64,000 nt of DNA from Vicugna vicugna (GCA_013265495.1 MU057701.1:620001-684000); one strand, 5' to 3'. Shown: positions 37,758 to 52,067, counted from the first letter of the stretch. The notes: generated by a model from the sequence alone, not told the origin. Numbers and translations are program-made.

Positions 37758-38294
37758 TGTTGAGTTGGTTTTCTATTTCTACATAGCAAATTTCCCACAA
37801 ACTTAGTGACTTAAAACAACACAAATTTATTATCTCAGAGTTTCCACCGGAGCCCAAGTTAGCTGGTTCCTTGTTTCAGAGTCTCATGAAGCTAGAATCA
37901 AGCTCTCAGTCTCATCGGAAGTTCAGGGTCCTCTTCCAAGCTCACTGGTTGTTGACAGGAGTCAGTTCCTTGTGGTTGAAGGAATAAAGTCTGGTTTTCT
38001 AGTTGACTGGCCTCCAGGGATCACTCATAACTCCTACAGATCCTTCCCAGGTTCTAGCCACATGGCCCTCTCAGGGCATGGCAACTTACTTCCTCAAAAC
38101 CAGCCTGCCTCTTCTAAACAGAAGTCTTAAGTAATGCAACAAAATCTGACCACCACCACCTTGTTGATCTAATCAGAAGAGCTACCGTCCCATCATGTTC
38201 ACAGGTCATGTCTACACTTAAGGGGAGGGATTATACAAGCTGTGTGTGCCAGGGCTGGGAACCTTGGAGATCATCTTAGGTTCTGTCTGCCACA
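37758..38294 (-). mobile_element. Older MLT1 solo LTR
   Basis: cacaaacttagtgacttaaaacaacacaaatttattatctca...ggggagggattatacaag...catcttaggttctgtctgccaca. Confidence 0.75.
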
Positions 38295-39186
38295 GGTATT
38301 TTAGTCTCTCCTTCATGTTGCTATGGGCCAAATGGGACTTTAAATGTTCAGTGTTCCTCGAGAGCACAGGAGTCTTCTGAATCCCTTAGACATCTTACAG
38401 TTTTAGCCACTGGGTGACACACCTGATGTCTCTCTTCTTGCATCATGTTCATTTGGTTGTGTCAGGAGCCCCAACTTTTTTTCTATTCCTACACTTCTGA
38501 CAGTTCCCTCAGTAATATGGAATCCCCCTCACCCAAGGAAATGTGTCAGAATCTTTAGGGGGTAGCGTATATTTTGAGAAAGTCCAGGGTTGGGAGGTGG
38601 AGTGCTCCCTTCCCCACCCCCTGGATATTTGAGAATGAGTAGGTAGATGGCATCTTCCCAGCTAGAGCAAAGCCCTTTGTCACAGAAAGCAGATGTGAAC
38701 AAACTGAAACCAAAGAGGATGGTTTTATGCCTAAATAGCTGGGGTGACAGTGACTTATGCCATTCCTAATGGTAGCCAGGTGTAGGGGAGGGGTCCTCCT
38801 GTTAGAGTCATATTGGAGCTTCTCATCTGGTTGGTGAGCCAGAGGCACAGCTCATTGTGATGGTGGAAAGGGAGATAAGCACTGTGACCAAGGTACAGAC
38901 AGAGTGCTAACCTGCACACGCAGGATAATTATTCTGAAGTGGTATTTGAGATGGTCTATGGGTCAGATTTAGGAAGGAAATGTCAGGCTAAGGGAACTGT
39001 GGGCAAAAAAATACGGCAGCCAGAAGTGTTCCAGGGAATAGGAAGTGATCTTCTGTGACTGGCCCATGGGACGAATCCAGGACAAATCCAGAAAGACGAT
39101 TAGGATACAGAAGACTCCAGGTCTTCTCCTTAAAGAGAGAAGCTGAGTCAGCAGGACTTGGGAGTTGGTTGGATGTGATGGATGAG

Positions 39187-39626
39187 TGTAGTAGGTTGAA
39201 TAATGTCCCCCTCAAAATGCATGTCCAAAGGAACCTCAGACGTGACCTTATTTGGAAATAGGGTCTTTGCAGGTGTATTGAGATGAGAGATGAAATCACA
39301 CTAGATTTCAGTTGGGCCTAAATTCCATAACTGGTGTCTTACAAGAAAAGAAGAGGACACAGGGACACACACACAGAGGGAAGAAGGTGATGGGGAGACA
39401 GAGGCAGAGATTGGAGTTACGTAGCCACAAACCAAAGAACCCCTGGGACCACCAGAAGCTGGAAGAGGCAAGGAAGGATTCTTCTCTAGAGCTTTGGAGG
39501 GAGCATGACATTGCCAACGCCTTGACTTTGGATGTATGGCCTCTAGGACTCTGAGAGGATGAAGTTCTGTTGTTTTAAGCCACCACATTTGTGGTAATTT
39601 GTTACGACAGCCCTGGGAAATATTCG
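39187..39626 (+). mobile_element. MLT1 solo LTR in sense orientation
   Basis: tgtagtaggttgaataatgtcccc...gaccttatttggaaatagggtctttgcag...ccaccagaagctggaagaggcaaggaaggattct...tttgtggtaatttgttacgacagcc. Confidence 0.85.
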
Positions 39627-41944
39627 AATTCAGTATGGACCTTCCAAGTTTGGTGTGCCCAGAGGACCCGTGTTGGGGAAGGCCAGTGGTCAGCCAAACA
39701 AGAGAGAAGAGCAGCTGGGGTTACAGATGTCAACTTGGAAGGATTCATTAAAAAAAAATAGTCATGGAAAAGTCAGGAGCCAATGAGGTCACCTGGAGTC
39801 AGAAAACAGGGTGGAGGGCAGCACCTAAGGGACCACCTTCATCTAAGGGTGGAGGAGGGAAGAGAAGGCTGAGCAGGAACTGCTGTTCAGGAAGGAGGCA
39901 TTGCTTAGTCATACAGAACAGTGTAGAGAGTCCTACAGGGTTAGGGATGGAGAAGTGATGCTGGCTTGAAAATTCTTGGATAATCACTCATTTCCAAACC
40001 ATATTGCACTGGTTGTGAGAAGAGGTAGGAGGTGAGAAAGTAGAGCCAGCCAGCATTGACTATTCTTTTAATAGAGTTTGTTCTGAAGAGGAGGAGAAAT
40101 GGGATTGGCCGTAGATCGAGGAAGAAACGTAACTGAGGGAACTTGATGCTTGTTTGTTTTTTAAGAACGTGACACTTTTCACTGTATTTTAGGCTGTAGG
40201 AAGGAAGCAGGGAGAAAATGCAGATAATCAATGAAACAAGTTTCCTGAGAGGAGACTTACAAGTATTTTTGCCTTGCACCTACCCTGTGCCAAACACTGT
40301 GCCTGGTTTACCTGAATGACCTCACTGAGCTTCTCAACGTGCCTACAGAGTAGAGAAGGACTGTCCCCGTTCTGTAAATGGGGACACTAGGGCTGGGGAT
40401 GGTAGAATAATTTGCCCAAGTCAACACATCTCAGATCTGCTGACTCCTGTGTCTCAGTTCTGATCATTATGTTATTTTGGGGGTGGGGGATAAAGAAGGC
40501 AGCGTCCTTCTCTGATTCACAAAGAATGAGAAGCAGCACAAAGGAATAAGGAGAAAATTTGCAGAGGAGGAGAGAGAAATTGTAGGTGTTTCCGTCACGT
40601 GGTCTGTGTCCCTGTTAAACTATGAATCGAAATAATCAACTGAGAGGGAGGAAGAGTGAAGCCAGGCACGGGGTCTTGAGAAGGAAAGGGCTTTAAGATA
40701 ACCTCGGTGGTGAGATACAGTAGAGAGCCGGCCAGGGAGGAAGAAAAAACACCTTGCTTAACAGTTCAGACTCTACTAGGATTAGTGGGCTGGACTTTTA
40801 GGGAAGCTAAGCTGTTTGGTGTAAACAGAAGTTTAGCTCAAGGTGGACATCTAGCCAGAAAGATTTTAGTGACAGCACTAAAAATGCCGGAGTCACAGAT
40901 ACTTCTGGTTTTAACATGAGACAACGCACACTCCAAGGCTCTGAGAACCAGCCATCGATATCCCAGAGGGATTATCAGTCCCAAACCAGTGCTGAAGGAG
41001 ACTGCTGACCAGCCTGGGACTGGCCTGTCTGACCCAGGTCCTCTGCCTTGCCGAAACCAGATGCACTTCCAGCCCCTGGAAGGGTTGCCTTTCTGACATG
41101 AAAATAACCTAAGTCATTGACTCAAAAATAACAACATCTGCTAATTTGCATAAGAGTTTTGCATTTCATATTTGGGTGTAATACCCAAATGCTAAAATTC
41201 ATTCGTTTGACCTTAGTGAAGTGGTTTAGAGGTTCAACCGATAAAAACTCCCTTCGGGGTTCCACTCCAATGCACCCAGACCCAGCTCCCCACCCTGGAC
41301 GGCTCTGTTCTCTCACCACCTGGTACTGTGCACGTGCTGGATTGAGCCCCATGAATTATGGGTTAAAAAGGACAAATCAGTTCACCTGAAAGCTTGTTAT
41401 TTTTATAAAAGGCTCTCTGCAGGGGCACGTCCTGAAGTTCACGTGCCGATCGAGAGCCCCGCGGTGGGGCTCTGAGCTGCTCCAGTTCCTCTGGGGTCCC
41501 AGTTCCCGATGAGCAGCCCCCTCCTTGGAACTCCCTGGGTCTGGGTGTGAGGGCAGCAGTTGTGCAGCGAGAGGTTTGAGAGGAGACAGCAAAGAAGGTG
41601 TTAATGAATAATCACAGCGCTTCATTCTCCATAAAGGCAATTACTGGGATTGATTGTTTCCATGTTTCCTTAGTCACGGTTCAGCTTGCTTCTTTCCCTT
41701 GGATTAAGACAGATGAATGCAGGATGCACACAGGCATGTGATGTCAGGAGAATTATCAGTGGCACGTCAAAGCCTCTGTCTTCTTGGACAGATGCCACTG
41801 GGGTCTCAGCTGGGCTGAAAGGGGATCGTGGTCACCGTAGGGTGACCACACAGGGTGAGGGTGTATATTGTGGACTTTGGGATTTTAGATAATGCAGTGT
41901 GTCTCTTTCCTTCCCATGCATGGTGAAGTGAGGTTATTTTCCAA

Positions 41945-42350
41945 CACAGGCCTGCATCTGCATCCCCGGAGGGCTTGTTAAACACAGCTGCTTGGGCCCT
42001 ATCCCCAGAGTTTCTGACTCAGTGGGTCTGGGGTTGGCCCCAAGAATCTGCCTTTCTGAGAAGTTGCAGGATGCTGCTGCTGCAGATTTGGCGATCCCAC
42101 CCTGAGAACCAGTGGCGGAGTGATCAAGGGCACGAACACTGGGGCCAGGCCACCAGGCTTTCAGTCCCAGCGCTACTATTTACTAGCTGGGTGATCGTGG
42201 CCACTTACTTCGTGCCTCCTTTTCCTCATCTCGAAAGCAGGGATGATGATAATAGTTCCTATTTCATAGGATGCTTACAAAAAAGTAAATGAATTAGAAC
42301 TTGGAAACACTTCAACCAGTGCCAGGTATAGACTATGCACTCTGTGGATT
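41945..42350. mobile_element. MER5A-like MITE (to ~42114) followed by a MIR
   Basis: ccccagagtttctgactcagtgggtctggg...ccaagaatctgc...gagaaccagtg, then the MIR core gtgcctccttttcctcatct. Confidence 0.7.
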
Positions 42351-43362
42351 TTTGGATAAATAAATAAAGGAGCCAACCTCTTGGGACTGTGAGTGTATCA
42401 TCCCGAGCCTCGTTCCTCAAACACCTGCAGCCCCCAGTGGAGTTCTGGGTCTTTTTAGCCCTTAGTCTTCAATCCCGTCTCCAGTGGTCAAGGAAATTAG
42501 TGCCCAACTCAGTGCCAGGAGGAGGGAGGCTACATCAACATCCTTCAAAATCCTCTCCTCAAGCTACCCGAACCCTGAAAGTCTGCTTAATATGCAGAAG
42601 GGACTCAGCGAGCCTGGGACGTCAGGGCGCTGTGCACTGGGGGTTTTTGTCCGTCCCCTCCCCATGCCAGCAAAAAGAGAGGCTGCCTTTTATGTCAAGT
42701 GCAGCTGCAGCGTCATACTGATTTGCTGCCATTTGTTAAATGTTTGCTCTTTGCCCAGTACTGATACATTTTACACATGTGATTTTATGTAACCCTCTCA
42801 ATGTCACTGTTAGGTAATAATTATCCCTGTTTTAATGCTACTGGGATTCAGACAAGTTACATGACTTGTCCAAAGTCACATAGCTATCAAGTGATAAATT
42901 GAGAACTAAAAGCCACGTCTGTCTGACTTTGATTATTTATAATCTAAAGTTCTACTCTACCACCTGCCTAGCTTTATTTAAATATTTATATAATGGTTCA
43001 GGCTGGTCCCCAGGTATCCAGTAGAGGCAGCTTCTCCCCAAAGGGAAACATCCAGAACTGGAATTGTGTCTGTTTCAGGGGGTTGCTTTTCTAAAGCCTG
43101 TGGTCAGACTCACAGAACATTTTCCTTTTGGAAAGGCGACTTGCCTTATTGGACAGTTATTCTCCCTGGCCTGACTCCTGGATTTAATTGTGCTGCCAAA
43201 GGTGGCTTTCCTTGAATTTGGATACGGACCTAGTATCTTAACATTTCTGGTCATGGACAATGCTCGCAACCAAATGGTCAGGAGAGCATCCAGAGGCTAA
43301 ATTGAAGATGTGAAGAGAGGAAAAAAATGATATGCTGACGAAACTTCCCTTTTTCTCCATAG

Positions 43363-43434
43363 TGTTCCTTTCTGCCGAAATTCTCCATTCATATAGAAAC
43401 CAAGTATGAGGACAACAAAGGAAGCAACGACAGC
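43363..43434 (+). CDS. PITPNC1: PITPNC1 coding exon (probably exon 5), 72 nt, phase 0/0
   Basis: Translates CSFLPKFSIHIETKYEDNKGSNDS. Acceptor cttccctttttctccatag, branch-like CTGAC at 43335-43339, donor gtgagt at 43435. Confidence 0.96.
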
Positions 43435-44407
43435 GTGAGTAGCCCCCTCTCCACCCCTAGTCCATACCGTGGACTCTGAGAGTCTCGGTGCTTTTCACAG
43501 CTCCTTGTGTGGCCAGAGCCAGCAGCGCCGTCTGGGCCTGGGACCTCAGAGCAGTTCTGGCTTTTCTTCTCATTTTTATGTACTTCTCACGGGCCCCATC
43601 TCTGTCACCTGTAGTGATGGCCACTGGGGGTCGAGCAGGATGATGGGGAACTTGGAGCTCCAGATTCTGGTTTCTGATCATTGGGTTGAAAACACATCTT
43701 CTCAGTGACTGAACACAAGACGTACATGTGCATACTGTGCATATTTTCTGGGCTGTGCCTCTGTTCACATATATATATATGTGCACATGAATCCCACCTT
43801 AAAAAATCAGTGTACCCCTCCTGCGAAGTGTTTACCTCGTGAGGCATTCTGACTCTTACTAAATTTCAGCCAAGTACTTCGTTTATTAGTGTTGCTTCAT
43901 TTCCACTTCTGACCTGGCTTTTACCCCAGCCTCTTTCTGTCGGAGCAATACATTTCTAAATTCCCTTCCCTCTGGGAGTAAATGACTTGACCTACAAGAA
44001 CCTCACCCTGACATTCAGCTGTGGGTTCTGTCAGGACCCACTGAGGGAAGAGCCTGGATCTAGAAGCTGCAAGGCTTTATCTGTTAATTTCTGCTTCATG
44101 TACATGTTTTGCATTTATGGAGAATGATGAGGATTGAGGCTGTGTCAAAGTGGGTAAGAAAGAGTTTCCTGACAAGGTGACCCCTTCGGTGCCTTCACTG
44201 AGCTAGTGGAATGCAAAACAGGATGCAGGAGGCTGGGAGGTACCTAAGTACCAGGGAGGAGCATCGAAGGGCTCACAAACGTCATCAACTTGGAAACCTT
44301 CTTTCATGGGAAAAGAGGCAGTGAGAAGAACTTAGAAACTCTCTAGAAGGAACAGCTTTGTCCAGGCCTACTCTGTGTTTCTTCGTGTTGACATCTTCTA
44401 GAAACAT

Positions 44408-44422
44408 CTTCTAGAAAGTTCC
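44408..44422. promoter_or_regulatory. Perfect three-unit heat-shock element (candidate)
   Basis: cTTCtaGAAagTTCc matches inverted nGAAn repeats. Motif match only. Confidence 0.35.
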
Positions 44423-44916
44423 TGCCCCATGGCAGGAACAGATTCTTCTAGAAGGTACAGGTGCATTTGTGTGGGGCTCAGGTTGTCCCATACAAGGTGG
44501 AGCCTGCTTGGACAGAGCTTGAGTGCTTCTGAAGATGTGTCACTCGAGAACCACATTTCACACTAGCGTGGTGGGGGAGGTCCATTCATTCAGTATTCAG
44601 CAAGGGCACATCAAGCACCTTCTATTCAGATGTCACAGCGTGAGCTGCATGCATGGTGTTAAAATGCAGGCCATTTCTCAAACTTTAGGTACCCATGGTT
44701 TAACTGGCGGTAAAGCAACCTATTAAATGACTGAAAACATGAGCGTGTTAATGGGCGTCCCTTCCTTCAGTGTGAGGAGTCATTGCTGGTCAGCCCTTGG
44801 GGTGGGAGGAGCTTGAGGAGTGGATTCAATAATGACCCATCTGCTTACGGGGACTGACGTAGCTTCTGCCTGGCCACTTCAGCTTCTTGAACTAAGTTAG
44901 GGAACCTGGAGTTTAT

Positions 44917-45116
44917 CAGGGTCGGCAAACTACTTTTTTTGTTTGTAAGTGAAGTTATTTTGGAACACAGTTGCATTCACCTGTCTGTGGTTATCTAAGC
45001 TGCTCTCATGTTACACCAGCCGAGTTGAGTACTTGCATCAGAGCTCATAGGGCCCGCAAAGCCTACAATATTTACTACTTGGCCCTTTACAAAGAAGAAA
45101 AGTTTGCTAACACCTG
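44917..45116. mobile_element. MER58-like MITE
   Basis: cagggtcggcaaactac...ttggaacacag...ggcccgcaaagcctacaatatttact...aaagtttgctaacacctg. Confidence 0.75.
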
Positions 45117-47539
45117 GTTAGAGAGACTCAAATCAGAACAGCACCCACCAGAGCTCCAGATTTGACCACGTGACAGATCTGTCCCAGCTGTATGTCTCTT
45201 CCAGTCTTCCTGGAACTTTCTGGAGGAGAGAAGCATGGATCTGGCAGGGTACTCTTCCCCAAGTTCAGGATCCCCAATGGTTAGCGACCCCTGGTGGTTG
45301 GTGACCTCAGTGGAAATGTTTAGTACCATCTCCTCGTCAGCAACCTGAAATCAGAGGTGCTTTGCTGGCCAACTTCATCAAAGCCTCATTGTCGAAAATA
45401 GTGTTGCACAGCCCAACTTGAACACTTATAAAGTAATGACTTTTTTCTAACTGGAAAATTAACTCATGGTTATTAAAACCTGGAGAATACAAAAATTTAA
45501 AAAAAAAAAAGAGAAGAAGAAAAGAAAAACCAGTAGCAATCCCCTACTTCAGAGATGACTGCTGTTAACATTTTGGCTCATCCTGTAAAGTATTGATGAA
45601 TTTACTTTTTAACCAATTTCCCTAAAATTGAACATAAAACATTCTGTTTTTAATATGAAGTACCCATCCCAGTAATTTTTGATGGCTGCACTGCATTCCC
45701 TACTTAAAGGTACTTCTTTAAACAATTGCCAGTCACTGGATATTGAAGTGGACTTGACCATTTTGATGTAGCTGTGGACCATCAGGAAAAGATCAGACAT
45801 GCCTGAATTGCTTTTCCATGGAGAATCTAAAAATATTGTAGGGGGGTGGATTAAAACCTCTTTTAGTTTTTCTGGACAAATTCCCTTGCTTTCTCTTTTT
45901 CTTTATGGCTCTGTCCTCTGTCCTATGAAGAGGTAAAACTGCTCCAGTTGTAGAGGTGTGGGATGGATGTGCGGCCTCACCATGATCTTTATAATAGGAC
46001 CAGCATAATCTTCTGGTTTATAATCTGCCCAGTTCTAATCTTAAATTTTAAAAAACCACATGGTTATCATTTACTGTCTTCTATCCCCTTTTGGCAGGTG
46101 CTAAGGTCTTTGCACTACTCTCCTAGGAATCTAAAATACCAGGTTAGCCACCCGAAATTCAGGATTCCTGCTTGGAGCCAGCATTGTCTACCCATGCCAA
46201 AGGCCAGGTCTCTCTGAGACTTAGGGCGGTCTGCCAGAGAAACACTAAACCCCAGGGCACTTGTGAGCAGTCCTTGTCAACACAGTTTGCTTCCTCTGGG
46301 AGAAATGCCAACTGTTGTACCCTACATTGCCTCCTCCTCAACTCGCTGACTCTGAGACTGCCCGTGGGGTCAGCTCTTTATCTCTCCGTCATGGCACCCA
46401 ACTTGCCCAAGTCCAAGTACGCTGAAGAGGTCCTAAATGTTCTTGCCCGGCCTCTGCCTGGCTCGGATCCACGGATTCCCCGGGTCTTCCTCCTGAGGCT
46501 CCTAGACCCGACAGGCCAGGCAGCTTGATTAGACGTCTTCTTTGCCAATTTGCCTTCCTCTAATTTCCATATTCAACAGCAGCTGTTGGTCACCCAACTG
46601 GTTCAAACTTGGTCCCCAGAGGCAGAAAAGGAAGACTTCATTGGTGTTCATTTAGCTTGTTAATGTTTCAAAATCAGAACACGAGAAATGTATATTTATG
46701 TAATAATACTTATTTTATTAAAAGATGGCTTTGTCCAGGGGTGCAGAACTGGAGCTTTAGGCAGATGGCGTGTGCTGGCATGCTCGTTTGCTGTCTGGGA
46801 ATGAGTGTGGAGTTTTGGTGGGAGGCAGAATTGCTAAAGAAAGCAGTGCAGTGGCGATGTCTCTCTTGTCTCTCTACTTTGCCAAATTATTTAATAAACT
46901 CAGGCCATTTCTTTGTATTTTCTGGGTGTATAGTTTTATCATTCAGCTACCATCCTTCACACTGCTATCTGCACCCTGTTTCCTTCGCTACCTGCCAAAA
47001 ATTTAATGAAATGGATGATGATAAGAAGCAATAATTAAATTGAAAGACGCTAGTGATAATCATATTGATTACTGATTGAATGAGGTACATGTCGTTATCC
47101 TGTTATCAATTACCATATAAGTAATCTTTTTCTATGGCCCAATATCTAGTGTAAAAAAATAAAAATTAGTGGTGGGATACCTAGAGTTAAATACCTTCTC
47201 CTCCTTGTTAAGAGAAAACTAGTATATTTATGCTTGTAAAAACCTGTAAATTGTGATTACATGAACCAGGATACAATGGGGAAGTTGTCTTAAATTGAGG
47301 CGCATTTATTTTAAGCACATACCGATGAGAATTATTTAGGCCTTAATTAGTGCTGGGGAGGGTGGCACCATGCCAAGGTAAAGCTCTGTTGTTTGTCCAA
47401 GGCCATAAATCTAGACCTGGGAGAGTCTGTGCTTATCACTCGAGTGACGGCTGCTGCCAGGTTACTGTCGTTCATTGCAGTTAATGGGGGGCAGCTTCGC
47501 CTTCACTTCTTCCTCCAACAAAGCAGGTACCACTTAAAG

Positions 47540-47990
47540 CAGTGGTTCTCAGCCTTGGCTGCATGTTGGACTCTCCCGACAAGCTTTGACAGTGTCTCCT
47601 GCCTGGGTTCCACCCCCTGGGATTCTGATTTAATTGGTCCTGGGTGCAGACTGGTCTAGACCAGTGGTTCCTACCCTGTCCCTCTGGGAACACAGAATTC
47701 TCCAGTCGGAAACGTGTGGACTCTTAGAGCCTACCTTCCAGTTAAACCTAATAAGCTGTCTTTGGAGGGTGGAGGATATGCCATCCACACTCCATTTGAA
47801 GACCTAGACCAATGGTTCTCAGTCATGGCTGCATATTAAAGTCACCTGGGGATCTTTAGCCTCACTGATGCCACCGTCCCCCTCACCCCCGGACTCTGAT
47901 TTCATTTGTCTGGGATGGGGGTCTAGGCACTGAGATTTGTAGAGCTCCCCCAGGGCAATCTGAAAGACATCAAGGGCTGAGAACTATAGA
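47540..47990. mobile_element. Cluster of MER5-like MITE fragments
   Basis: Three cagtggttc/caatggttc starts near 47540, 47662 and 47810; gattctgatttaattggtc and gactctgatttcatttgtctgg bodies. Confidence 0.65.
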
Positions 47991-49160
47991 TTTAAAGGAA
48001 ATATTAAGTGCTATTTAAAACCAACAGTGAACATTTATGAAATCAGGTTCTCCAGATTTCTTCACTTCTTCATACCCCTGGAAACAGAACAGTTTACAAA
48101 AAGCATGTTTATGACCACCCCCACCCCCCTACACACACAGTAAAGGGGCCTGGGGGCACCATACTTGTTCTCGTTAGCCGTTATTCCAGCAAAGGAACTT
48201 CTCTGATCAGACAAAAAGAATGTCCAGTTTATTTCCCGGGAGGGTGAAGCACTGTCCTTCACAGAGCTCTCCTTGGAGCTTGCCTAGAAGTATTTGGAAT
48301 TTATTTAGTTCCTAGTTTAACTATGTTGTAATGAAAAATCCCAGAGTTGTTCTTTGTGAAATGAAAAGAGCTGTACTGAAGTCTCAGCTGTATGACTTAA
48401 GCATTGGAGTCTTGGTTTCTTTATCAAGAAAATAGAGTAAATAATGCTTGCATCACAGTGTGGAGGACCATATAGGTTCGTTTACCTGGAAGCACTTCAT
48501 AAACTGTAAAGTGCTGTACAAATACTAGGTATTGCTTTGGTTATGGCCCTACCTTGGGATTAACTGCATTACTGATGGTTTTCTAATGAGACTCTGCTTT
48601 TGTTTGAATTGTCAATAAACCATGTCTTGTTGACAAATTTGAGTGCCTACTGTGTGTCAGGCATTATAAGAGGTGATGAGAATACAGCAGTACGACAGAC
48701 AAGGCGTCCACACTACTCATGGACTGGAGGGAATGCACAGAAAAAGGACGTTAGTGGGAAAACTGGTGAAATCTGAATCAAGTCTGTAGTTCTGAAAAAC
48801 GTGTCATGGTTATATAAGATACTAACATTTAGAGGAGGCTGGGTAAAGGGCGTACGAGCTCCCTCTGTACTATCTTTGCAAACTTAGTATAAATTTAAGA
48901 TGATTCCAAACTAAAAAGCTTATTAAAAGCCCCATAAATATCATGCCTCTCCTTTGTTTAAAATCCTGGCATAACCTCCCATTGTACTAAAATCCAGCTT
49001 CTTTCCCATGGCCCCTGCGGTCTTCCGTGAGTTGCCCTCTGCTACTTTCTCCATCTCATTTCCCACCAGTCTGCTCTCATTCCTGTTGCTCTGGCGACTG
49101 GCTTTCTGGCAGTTCCTGGATGATGCCAGTCTGTGTCAGAGGCTGGGGCCTTCTTGCCCC

Positions 49161-49558
49161 GTATTACTGCACTAGGGCCGCTGTAACAAAATACCACAGA
49201 TTGAGTGGCTCAAACAACAGAATTCTGTTTTCTCACAGTTCTGAAGGCTGGAAGCCCAAGACCAAGGTGTCGGCAGGCTTGGTTTCTTCCAAGACCTCTC
49301 TCCTTGGCCTGCGTGGGGCCAGCTCTTTGCTGCGTCCTCACGTGGTCCTCACAAGGTCTCTCCTCTGTGCGTGCACATCCCTAGTTTTGCGTCTCCAGGT
49401 TTCCTCTTCTTTTAAGGACACCAGTCAGATTGGACTCTGGCCCACCCTAATGGCCTCCTTTTACTTAACCTCCTCTCTAAAGGCCTTATCTTCAAACCCA
49501 GTTACATTCTGAACTCCAACATATGAATTTTGGGGGGAACACAACTCAGCTTACAACA
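49161..49558 (-). mobile_element. MLT1 solo LTR
   Basis: agggccgctgtaacaaaataccacagattgagtggctcaaacaacagaa...caacatatgaattttgggggg. 5-bp TSD GCCCC on both sides. Confidence 0.85.
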
Positions 49559-50569
49559 GCCCCCTTACCTGGACAACCCTTCAGATGGTTGGCTGCTTCC
49601 AGCCTCAGGTCTCACACGGACTCGTCCCCTCTTTGAAGAGGAATTTCCTGACCACATGGCTTCTAGCTGAGCTCCCCCTCCATCCTATTTATTGCCTTCT
49701 TAGCACCATGGATGGATGTAGGGTAAAATAATTTATTTACACATTTTAAAATGTACTAAAATTAATTTGTAAAGCAGGGGTGCCAGTGAGAACTGTAGAA
49801 TCCACATTTACAAGTCTCTCAAGCTGATTATCCTTCCTTAAATGGCTTCTAATTGAGGATTATAGAAAGAAAAAAGCATTTGCTTTATTTTTAGACATGA
49901 TGTCTAATGTCTTCAACTTGGATGGTTCTGTTTTTAACCTTAGATTATTATAACCCGCCACCTACAAAATCTGCAATTTTCTCTGATAGGTCGTCGGTAC
50001 ATGCTCAAAGAAGTTTGCACAAAACTCCCCCATTTGCAGTTTTGAAGGATTATTATCCATGTTTGTCTGTGAAGTGGAAAGTCGACGTCCTTACTCAATC
50101 TGTGTCTAATAATATCATTTTGAGGACAATGGAAAACAGATCATCTTTGACTCCTTAAGATGTTGCCTTTGCTATTCGTGGTACAGTTGAGGATCTGAGA
50201 GCTGGATGTTAAAAAAAAATGGGCAGAAGGAGCATCTAGCCAACACGAAGACTAGCTTTCTAATTGAGGAGAGTCACGATGCAGATTATCTGTCCCTTCA
50301 GGGAAGCTAGAGCCTATTGCTAGTGATCATTATTATTAAAAGATGTCACTTAAAGCAGCAGAACTGGGCCTGGTTCACTGGTGCTGTGGTAAATCTAAAA
50401 AAGGCCTGACTATGCTGACCTGTGAGTACTGAGGGTTAGGAAGACAGTTAACCAAACTGGTCAAAAGCAGAATAATCAAAGGGACAAGGCTGCGTCGTGG
50501 TTAGGAAACCAGAGGGCAGACACAGAAAAGCAATACCAAGTACGAAGGTCTAGGTGACCATTTTACAGC

Positions 50570-51290
50570 TGCCGTAGTAATAACTGATTCAAGCAGAGTC
50601 ATCAATGAATGCTAAAGCCACTGAGAGAAACAGGATTGAGGAAAAGGAATTCATGCTGCCTCAAAGTATCACCTCAGAGAGTATGTATTCATTACAAACA
50701 GTGGAGAAATCTGGTCAACACCATCAAGTAAGCAAATTTTACATCACCAGTAATAGGACAAAATGACATACCAAGCCTCCCATTGTGACATACTGTGGTC
50801 ACAAGATCTCCTATGGATTATCCTTGCCAAAAATGTTTAGCCTGAATCCAATCGGGAAGAAACAATCAGGCAAATCCAAATTGAGGGACACTCCACAGAA
50901 GAACTAGCCAAAACTCTTCAAAAAAGAATATGTCATCAAAAACCAAAAACAAAACAAAAACCTGGAGGACTATCCTAGACTAAAGGAGGCTAAAGAAGTT
51001 TGACAACTGAATTTAACGCCTAATCCTTGATTAGGTTCTGGATTAAGGGAAGGGATGGGCTTGTGCGGGGCACAGAAAAGATATTATGGGACAACTGGGG
51101 AAATTTGAATATGGACCATATATTAAATAATAGTGTGGTATAGTATCGAGCCCATATTAAATTTCTTGCCTATGATCATTATATTGTAGATACGTAGGAG
51201 AATGTCTTTGTTCTTAGGAGATACATGCTGACTTATTTAGGAACAGAATATCATGCAACATACTCTTACTCTCATATAGTTCAACTCCCT
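50570..51290 (+). mobile_element. Old L1 (L1MC-like) 3' UTR
   Basis: caaatccaaattgagggaca...gggacaactggggaaatttgaatatggac...ggagaatgtctttgttcttaggagatacatgctga. Confidence 0.7.
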
Positions 51291-51961
51291 CCCCCCAAAA
51301 AAATTTTTATCTGTGATTTTTTTTTCTTCTTAAAAAAAGTCTTATAAACATTGAGGAACTATTCACATGTTGCAAGGAGATGTCAAATAATAACTTACTC
51401 AATGTTACACAATGAGTGTTGTTTTTCTTTTTTTTTGGTAGTTACAAAGCAGACACTTTCAGTCCTCTCTCTTTTTAGTGATATCCTGATTTCATTAATG
51501 AAACAGCAAAATAATTAGCCTAATCATAAATATTATCAGCATCAACGTTGATTCTGTACATCCAAAAAATGTTTATGAAGAGATTTTTTTTTGAGTTGCA
51601 GAAACCCTAGGTTGTCTCTGAGTAATTTCACGCTCTGGGTTGTGTCCTGGAGTTTTGAAAAGGCAGATGGAGACGATTCAGACCAGGCCTCTAAGTGTAC
51701 AACCCTCCTAAGGGGTAGAGCCCTGGACATGTACTTCCCTGGATGTTTGCGTACTATGCTATTTGCACATCTCCAACCATGGCACCTCTTATGCTGTATG
51801 GTAATTGCTCATTCAACTATCTCTCTAACTCATTCAAAACTCTATGAGGACAGACACCATTATTAATACCAACACAAATTTTAAGGCACCTAGAAACAAT
51901 CTAACTTTTTCAAAAATTGTTTCCAAGTTTTATTAAGATATAATTGACATATAGCACCATA

Positions 51962-52067
51962 TACTTTGCTGCGGGAGAAGGGGGGCTTTATTTTTTTTAA
52001 TGGAGATACTAGGGATTGAACCCAGGACCTTGCACTTGCTAGTCACATGCTTTACCACTGTCCCCAC
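51962..52067 (-). mobile_element. Diverged vic-1-like SINE
   Basis: tggagatactagggattgaacccaggaccttgcacttgctag..catgctttaccactg is the reverse of the SINE head. Confidence 0.75.
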
